DNA of 12,970 nucleotides from Chlamydiia bacterium (GTDB taxonomy: Bacteria; Chlamydiota; Chlamydiia; Chlamydiales; Parachlamydiaceae): assembly GCA_038257035.1 (NCBI GenBank), contig JBBSJT010000068.1, positions 1-12,970 of the forward strand, given 5' to 3'. A model generated the notes under the pieces. It made no database searches and was not told the origin of the DNA. It saw nothing but the letters and a program-made list of their open reading frames with translations. Of this stretch, positions 7,977 to 12,970 are shown piece after piece (positions within the stretch are counted from its first letter, which is position 1; the number at the start of each line of letters is the position of its first letter). The position numbers and the translations under genes were made by a program.

Positions 7977-9137
7977 ATGAATCGTATTATATTGAAAAAA
8001 GGAAAAGATAAGGCGATACGCAACCGTCACCATTGGATTTTTTCGGGAGCTGTTGTTGAGTTACCCGATTTTAAAGATGGAGAAATTGCCGAAGTTATAA
8101 GCGATTCTAGCGAATTATTAGGTAGCGGCTACTTTAACAGCAAGGCTAAAATCTTAGGGCGCATGCTTTCTTTTGATCAACAACCGGCGCTTGAAGCTGT
8201 TCAAAAAAATTTAGATGCTGCAATAAACTGGCGCAACACTCTTTTTAGCAATAGCAACACAACCGCCTACAGACTTATTAATGCCGAAGGCGATTGCCTT
8301 CCCGGCTTAATTGTAGATCGCTATGCTAATACCCTTGTCATGCAGATCTCAACACTAGGAATGGAACAATTAAAGCCTTTTGTCGTTGATTATTTGGTAA
8401 AAAAACTAAACGTAGAATCCATTTACGAAAAATCAAACCTACCTTCAAGAAAGGAAGAAGGTCTTCAGCCACAAGTTGGGCTTCTTTACGGAAAGGATTT
8501 TGATGAAGTCGAAATCTTTGAAAACGGCAATAAATTTATTGTCTCGGTTAAAGATGGGCAAAAAACAGGCTTTTTCTTGGACCATCGACAAATGCGCCAG
8601 AAAATCAAGAATTTAAGCCAAGGCCTAAAAGTCTTAAACTGTTTTTCCTATACCGGTGGTTTTAGCATCTATGCAGGTAAAGGCGGAGCATCACAGGTTG
8701 ATTCCGTTGACATTTCTGAAAAAGCCACTGAAATGGGAAAAAGAAATGCCACCCTTAATGGTCTTGAAAATACAAACTTTATTACAGATGATGTTTTTCA
8801 GTTTATTAGAAAAAACGACTTGAATTATGATCTCATCATATTAGACCCGCCTGCATTTGCAAAAAAACAGAGAGACATCATTCAAGCTTGTCGTGGCTAC
8901 AAGGACATTAACCGTATTGCCATGTCTAAAATGCCGCCAAACTCATTATTACTGACCTGTTCTTGTTCTTACCATGTGGATGAGAGCCTATTTCAGAAGG
9001 TTATTTTCCAAGCCGCAATTGAAGCTAAACGCAATGTGAAAATTATTGGGCGCCACGAAATGGCACCAGATCATCCGATCAATATTTTCCACCCCGAAAG
9101 CGATTACCTAAAAAGCCTGCTGTTGTATGTGGAGTAA
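7977..9137 (+). CDS. rlmI: 23S rRNA m5C1962 methyltransferase RlmI family
   Basis: N-terminal PUA-like HHWIFSG, AYRLINAEGDCLPGLIVDRY, GQKTGFFLDHR, SAM-binding VLNCFSYTGGFS, ILDPPAF, TCSCS and C-terminal DHP..PESDYLK. Confidence 0.92.
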   Translation: MNRIILKKGKDKAIRNRHHWIFSGAVVELPDFKDGEIAEVISDSSELLGSGYFNSKAKILGRMLSFDQQPALEAVQKNLDAAINWRNTLFSNSNTTAYRLINAEGDCLPGLIVDRYANTLVMQISTLGMEQLKPFVVDYLVKKLNVESIYEKSNLPSRKEEGLQPQVGLLYGKDFDEVEIFENGNKFIVSVKDGQKTGFFLDHRQMRQKIKNLSQGLKVLNCFSYTGGFSIYAGKGGASQVDSVDISEKATEMGKRNATLNGLENTNFITDDVFQFIRKNDLNYDLIILDPPAFAKKQRDIIQACRGYKDINRIAMSKMPPNSLLLTCSCSYHVDESLFQKVIFQAAIEAKRNVKIIGRHEMAPDHPINIFHPESDYLKSLLLYVE

Positions 9138-9146
9138 ATGATTGAA

Positions 9147-9174
9147 TTGCAAGATAATTTAGATTGAATAAAAT
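9147..9174 (+). promoter_or_regulatory. Possible sigma70-type promoter for the DUF423 gene
   Basis: TTGCAA (9147-9152), 16-nt spacer, TAAAAT (9169-9174), about 40 nt before ATG 9214. The AT-rich background makes a chance match possible. Confidence 0.3.
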
Positions 9175-9213
9175 TTTTGAAATCTGTAAATTAAGCCTTA
9201 AAAAGGGTTTAAG

Positions 9214-9591
9214 ATGGATTTACAGATTTCAAAAACATTTATCATTCTAGGAGCGGTCCTAGGGTTTCTTGGCGTAGCTTTTGGAGCTTTTGGGGCCCAT
9301 GCGCTAAAAGAAAAATTAACTGTTAATTACCTTAATATTTTTGAAGTTGGCGTTCGGTATCAGATGTATCACGCTTTGGCTTTGATCTTAATCGCTTTTG
9401 TTTATTCCAGCTTTCCCAATCTTTATGTACAAGCTTCAGGCTGGTTGACTTTTTTTGGCGTTCTTATTTTTTCGGGTAGCCTTTATATACTTGCCTTAAC
9501 ATCAGTCACCACATGGGGTGCCGTCACACCAATTGGTGGAGCGGTTTTATTGGCAGGATGGCTTCTGCTGTTTTTGGGCGTTCTTTTGTAG
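9214..9591 (+). CDS. DUF423 (YgdD/TMEM256 family) small membrane protein
   Basis: 125 aa, four hydrophobic segments, family motifs GAFGAH, YQMYH, FSGSLY and TPIGG...GW. Confidence 0.93.
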   Translation: MDLQISKTFIILGAVLGFLGVAFGAFGAHALKEKLTVNYLNIFEVGVRYQMYHALALILIAFVYSSFPNLYVQASGWLTFFGVLIFSGSLYILALTSVTTWGAVTPIGGAVLLAGWLLLFLGVLL

Positions 9592-9619
9592 CAATCAAGT
9601 TCAAAACTTATTTAGTGTT

Positions 9620-10042
9620 TTAATCGGCATTATATCCAAATTCATTTCTGTCAACCTTGGAAATAGTGTCTAGATAATCGCTAGCTTGTCCTTTAGTTTC
9701 TAGATCCGCATGGAATTTATCGAAGTAAGGCAATTGATTATGGATCTCAAAAATATATGCGATGAGCTCTTTTGGGAGTGTTCTAAGAATTGATTCATTT
9801 TCGTACCTATAACTTGCCATAACTTGATAACATGAATTTGGAGGGCATACTTCATTATAGGCTTTCTCAAAGCAATTAACGATTAAGGAAAAGGGAAAAG
9901 GACTCATGTCATTCTGCGAGTGCATTATATAATTAATAAGTAAGGCAGAAGCTTCTTTTTTTTCATCCTGTATAAATTTTTTATACTCTTCAGTGAGAGT
10001 TGGTTCATTCATTTCACGAAGAAAGTTCACACTATAATACAT
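9620..10042 (-). CDS. Orphan protein with F-box-like LPxELI..IF motif
   Basis: 140-aa ORF, SD AAGGA 9 nt upstream. SILRTLPKELIAYIFE (residues 84-99) resembles the first half of an F-box. Confidence 0.6.
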   Translation of the reverse strand: MYYSVNFLREMNEPTLTEEYKKFIQDEKKEASALLINYIMHSQNDMSPFPFSLIVNCFEKAYNEVCPPNSCYQVMASYRYENESILRTLPKELIAYIFEIHNQLPYFDKFHADLETKGQASDYLDTISKVDRNEFGYNAD

Positions 10043-10112
10043 ACGATAACATCCTTGTTTAAGGATACAACTTATATAATAAAACTAATTGAAAGTCAAT
10101 ATAAATAAGTTT

Positions 10113-10153
10113 AAATAATAACAGTTCTCCTCTTACAACAAGAGTAGAACTGT
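10113..10153 (-). terminator. Probable intrinsic terminator downstream of the membrane-protein pair
   Basis: ACAGTTCT-c-CTCTT (10121-10134), 5-nt loop, AAGAG-t-AGAACTGT (10140-10153): a 13-bp stem with one mismatch. On the minus strand it is followed by TATTATTT and begins 9 nt after the stop at 10163. Confidence 0.65.
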
Positions 10154-10162
10154 ATAGAATTT

Positions 10163-10975
10163 CTATATAAGAATTTCGATTTCTACGTTATGAGCAGCAA
10201 CATTTTTAGGCTCTTTACGTGCACGTACGTCAAAATAAAAAACTGTTGTAAATATAATTGAAAAGAAAATTCCAAATGATTTTAAAATTTCAAAAATCAA
10301 GCTAATAGTTTTGATATCAATATCAGAGAAGGCTAATGCAACACCTGGAAGTATGTAGACTACAACGTTGAGTAGAATCAAAAGTAAAGATGCTAAGATA
10401 AGACGTGAGCGATTACCCTTCATTAAATCCTTGCTTCTTTTCCAACTTGCATCGCAGTTTAATTTTTCAGCAAACATGACCGGGAAAATCAATGCAGCAT
10501 TAAGGCAAACTATAATTGGTAAAATTGCTAATGCAGCACTAAAAACTAAAGCAATACCTATCGGAAAACCGATTGTTAGACCTAATATAAACGGAATGAT
10601 CGAGGGTAAAAATGACAAAACACAGACAAACCCCACTAGAACGAAAGTTCCTATGAATCTCCAAAAATTTTCTTTAACAGTTTTTCGTACATCGTCCCAA
10701 TCAGTTGCTAATCTAGTAACTGATTGAACAGAAATTTTATTGACTACTATTGCACCTATAACATAAATGGCAATTGCTCCAAAAAAGCATATGACTCCCA
10801 AAATCCTTGAAAACCAAAATGTAGGCTTGATGAGTTGAATACTAATGAACGATGTAATGTGCATGGCTGCTACAATGCATAAAATTGGCAGAAAAAAACG
10901 TTTGAATAACGTTAATGACAATTTTATAAGTGCACAAATGCTTTTTGGTTTTTGAATAAAGGGCTGATTTTCCAT
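10163..10975 (-). CDS. Polytopic membrane protein (YciC / GDPD-membrane-domain-like), paralog 1
   Basis: 270 aa, about 5-6 hydrophobic segments. Motifs EK...ASWKRSKDLMKG.R.R and C-terminal FYFDVRARKE fit the 'E......S..RS..L.KG' and 'Y.DLR.RKE' pattern of this family. SD AGGA upstream. Confidence 0.75.
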   Translation of the reverse strand: MENQPFIQKPKSICALIKLSLTLFKRFFLPILCIVAAMHITSFISIQLIKPTFWFSRILGVICFFGAIAIYVIGAIVVNKISVQSVTRLATDWDDVRKTVKENFWRFIGTFVLVGFVCVLSFLPSIIPFILGLTIGFPIGIALVFSAALAILPIIVCLNAALIFPVMFAEKLNCDASWKRSKDLMKGNRSRLILASLLLILLNVVVYILPGVALAFSDIDIKTISLIFEILKSFGIFFSIIFTTVFYFDVRARKEPKNVAAHNVEIEILI

Positions 10976-11091
10976 TGTTTTTCCTATTATTTATTAGGTT
11001 TATTTATAAAACACTAATCATCACACAGTTAACAATAAAACGCAACAGGATTTTCACTAAAAACCAAGAGGATTGTAAACTAAAATTTTAA

Positions 11092-11874
11092 TTAACATTT
11101 AATTAGATTTTCTTTACGGGATCTTAAGTCATAATAAAACAATGTAAGCAGTATGGGAGAAAGGTAACCAATAAGAGCTCCCGCATAGGTGAAAATAATT
11201 TCAAAACTAAAACCAAAGTAAGACAAAATTTCTGCAAGGGCTATAACAATTGCAAACATAAAGAGGGAGGACAAAATATAAGTTACGATTAATCTTAGTG
11301 TAGAACCTTTTAAAAGTTCTTTACTTCTTTCGATACTTTCAAAACCTGTTAATTTTTCTGTTGAGGTAACTGCAAAAATTAAACAGGCGCTTAAAGCAAA
11401 CTTCAAGCAGAAAAGCCCTGTTAACAACACTGTAAAAAGACCTAAAAAGGCGGCAAAAGGATTTGTACCATAATTTTCAACAATCATTGTTGGCAGTAGA
11501 AAAGAGATAAATCCGATCAGCGTAATAGCTGCCACAAGAATATACGTTCTAAAACAGCTTCCAAAATTTTCCATAGCAGATTCAAAAGCTTGTCTCCAGT
11601 TAATTACTTTTTCTGAGCAAACTTGTGCGGCTACTTTATAAACGGTAAGTGCGGAAAGTAAACCTGCTGCAAATGAAGTTAAAAGAATCGTGAAACCGCA
11701 TGTTTTAGCAATAATCCCTGCGGCTACAACCAAATTCCACCCTAAGTAAGATGATAAACCAGAAATAATTCCAAAACAAAAAATTTGAGGAAACAAACGT
11801 AAATACAGAGAAAAAGTATGGTAAATAAGACTAAAGATACTTTTGGGTTTGGAAGTAATGCGTTTGTTTTCCAT
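11092..11874 (-). CDS. Polytopic membrane protein (same family), paralog 2
   Basis: Motifs EKLTGFESIERSKELLKG..LRL and FYYDLRSRKE. ATG 11874 (MENK..., SD AAGGTG 6 nt upstream) aligns with paralog 1 (MENQ...). The ORF-track GTG at 11883 lies inside that SD. Confidence 0.75.
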   Translation of the reverse strand: MENKRITSKPKSIFSLIYHTFSLYLRLFPQIFCFGIISGLSSYLGWNLVVAAGIIAKTCGFTILLTSFAAGLLSALTVYKVAAQVCSEKVINWRQAFESAMENFGSCFRTYILVAAITLIGFISFLLPTMIVENYGTNPFAAFLGLFTVLLTGLFCLKFALSACLIFAVTSTEKLTGFESIERSKELLKGSTLRLIVTYILSSLFMFAIVIALAEILSYFGFSFEIIFTYAGALIGYLSPILLTLFYYDLRSRKENLIKC

Positions 11875-11997
11875 TTTATTCACCTTTTATTAAGTAGTTA
11901 GATGACGATGATTCGCTATTTTCAAATAAAAGTCAATTAAGAAACAACGCTATCCTCCTAAGGTTCCTATCAGTAGGGGTCGCTAATTTGCTAATTT

Positions 11998-12064
11998 GGA
12001 GTGCGGAGGCCTGGCTCCGCTTTGAGCTCAGCCCGACATGGCGGGCTGTTTGTCTAAAAGTTCC
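11998..12064 (+). repeat. REP-like repeat downstream of RAYT (left arm, two hairpins)
   Basis: GGAGT, then hairpin GCGGAG-gcctgg-CTCCGC (12003-12020), then CAGCCCG-acatgg-CGGGCTG (12029-12048). 12010-12064 matches the reverse complement of 12776-12830 at 50/55 positions. Confidence 0.85.
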
Positions 12065-12089
12065 TAAAACTAACTTTTACTTTAAAAAA

Positions 12090-12620
12090 TCAAAAATCAT
12101 CATAAACAGAAAGAGAGTCAGTTTTCATGGACATTACAGTTTTATAGTGCGCAGAGCTAGCTGCCGTTTCAAACCAACCAGCAGAACACCAAGGATACTG
12201 ACTAGCACATGTCACGAGTTTATGTTTTACAGGATTTTGCATTACGTAGTTCAATCGAGCAAGATAAGAAGCTTGATAAGATATATGTGTATCCCAGTAT
12301 TGATACCAAACAGTTCTACCTACAGTTTGGTGAGCTTTATTTAATTGTCTTGCTGAGGAAGAGTGCAAATGTGCAATCAGATTTTTTAAAGTTATGGGAT
12401 CATTTGATGAATGTGCAATAAAATGATAATGATTTGAAAATAACGCCCAAGCTTCTAATCTCCAACCATATTTGTCACTAAGTTCAAATAATAGATTTTG
12501 AAGGATTTCAAAATCATTATCTTCTTTAAAAAAATGTTCTTGATGTAATGTTGAAGAGGTTACCATATATGTTCCAGTATCATTAAAAAGGTGTAAAGGT
12601 GCGTGGATCCATTTTTTCAT
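12090..12620 (-). CDS. REP-associated tyrosine transposase (RAYT / TnpA-REP, Y1 HUH family)
   Basis: 176 aa: N-terminal TYMVT strand, HUH motif (FSNHYHF), VWYQYWD (RAYT WQ..F.D equivalent), catalytic-Tyr helix YVMQNPVKHKLV and YPWCS (RAYT YI..NPVK.GL...YPWSS signature). SD AAGGA 5 nt upstream; frame intact. Confidence 0.92.
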   Translation of the reverse strand: MKKWIHAPLHLFNDTGTYMVTSSTLHQEHFFKEDNDFEILQNLLFELSDKYGWRLEAWALFSNHYHFIAHSSNDPITLKNLIAHLHSSSARQLNKAHQTVGRTVWYQYWDTHISYQASYLARLNYVMQNPVKHKLVTCASQYPWCSAGWFETAASSAHYKTVMSMKTDSLSVYDDF

Positions 12621-12644
12621 AGTTTTCCTTTTTTTTTGAATTAG

Positions 12645-12673
12645 AAACTAATCAAATTTAGATAAATTTTCAA
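12645..12673 (-). promoter_or_regulatory. Possible sigma70-type promoter for RAYT
   Basis: Minus strand TTGAAA (12673-12668), 17-nt spacer, TAGTTT (12650-12645), 24 nt before the ATG. Confidence 0.3.
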
Positions 12674-12775
12674 TTTAATTATTTCGTTTTAAGGACGAAA
12701 TTTTTTGGGATATAGTCAAATCGTTTTAGCCTAAGGCACAGCACTCAAATTAGCATTTATAGATCGCTATGAAAT

Positions 12776-12830
12776 GGGACTTTTGGACAAACAGCCCGCC
12801 AGGTCGGGCTGAGCAAAAAGCGGAGCCAGG
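12776..12830 (-). repeat. REP-like repeat upstream of RAYT (right arm)
   Basis: Inverted copy of 12010-12064 with 5 mismatches; retains hairpin CAGCCCG-ccaggt-CGGGCTG (12792-12811). Confidence 0.85.
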
Positions 12831-12925
12831 TCCTTACAGTCGGACACATCTTTTTCTTGACTTTTTTTTGTCATTATTTGACTCATGAATTATTCCTTAA
12901 TCCTAAGATCATTTTATGAGTCAAT

Positions 12926-12970
12926 TCATATCCATATATCATGTCTACCAATCTCACGATACCCCTCCAA
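12926..12970 (-). CDS. Possible 3' end of a gene entering from the right edge (...LEGYREIGRHDIWI*)
   Basis: Open minus-strand frame from the window edge to TGA at 12928-12926; only 14 sense codons are visible. Confidence 0.2.
   Translation of the reverse strand: MEGYREIGRHDIWI

Larger units (their letters stand above)
11998..12830 (-). mobile_element. REPtron: RAYT gene flanked by inverted REP-like repeats
   Basis: A single Y1/HUH transposase gene lies between two GC-rich 55-bp inverted repeats containing hairpins. No tnpB and no flanking target duplication. Exact ends are uncertain. Confidence 0.75.

Noticed and set aside
10368..10727. Plus-strand 119-aa Lys/Asn/Ile-rich ORF
   Set aside because: Typical antisense read-out of a hydrophobic membrane-protein gene.
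11967..11983. CCTA-tcag-TAGG mini-hairpin and GTAGGGGTCGC as a GTAG REP
   Set aside because: Only a 4-bp stem, no palindrome follows the GTAG, and there is no second copy in the window.
11988..12421. Plus-strand ORFs 11988-12344 and 12209-12421
   Set aside because: Antisense to the RAYT gene, one starts inside the repeat, and neither has motifs or an SD.
12010..12830. Classical DDE insertion sequence with terminal inverted repeats, or IS605 with tnpB
   Set aside because: The protein has HUH/Tyr motifs rather than DDE, there is no matching target duplication on both sides, and no tnpB-sized ORF lies between the repeats.

Overview
AT-rich bacterial DNA; the gene mix (eukaryote-like F-box orphans, a large AsmA-like protein) suggests an environmental, host-associated Chlamydiae-type organism (inference only). 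Left to right: a ~1010-aa N-anchored AsmA/TamB-like protein; a GC-rich 250-bp composite inverted-repeat element followed by two small GTAG-type REP-like hairpins; an orphan with two F-box-like motifs; a tightly packed ppiA-acs-ribD-rlmI run; a DUF423 membrane protein; a second orphan with repeated half-F-box motifs; two tandem paralogous membrane proteins; and an HUH/Y1 REP-associated tyrosine transposase (RAYT) gene bracketed by 55-bp inverted, hairpin-containing repeats. The best candidate for an undescribed system is the RAYT locus plus the gene-less 250-bp REPIN-like element 8.6 kb away. They share the 12-mer GCGGAGGCCTGG, and the element's hairpins carry GAA loops typical of stable ssDNA hairpins. 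No rRNA, tRNA or CRISPR array was seen.
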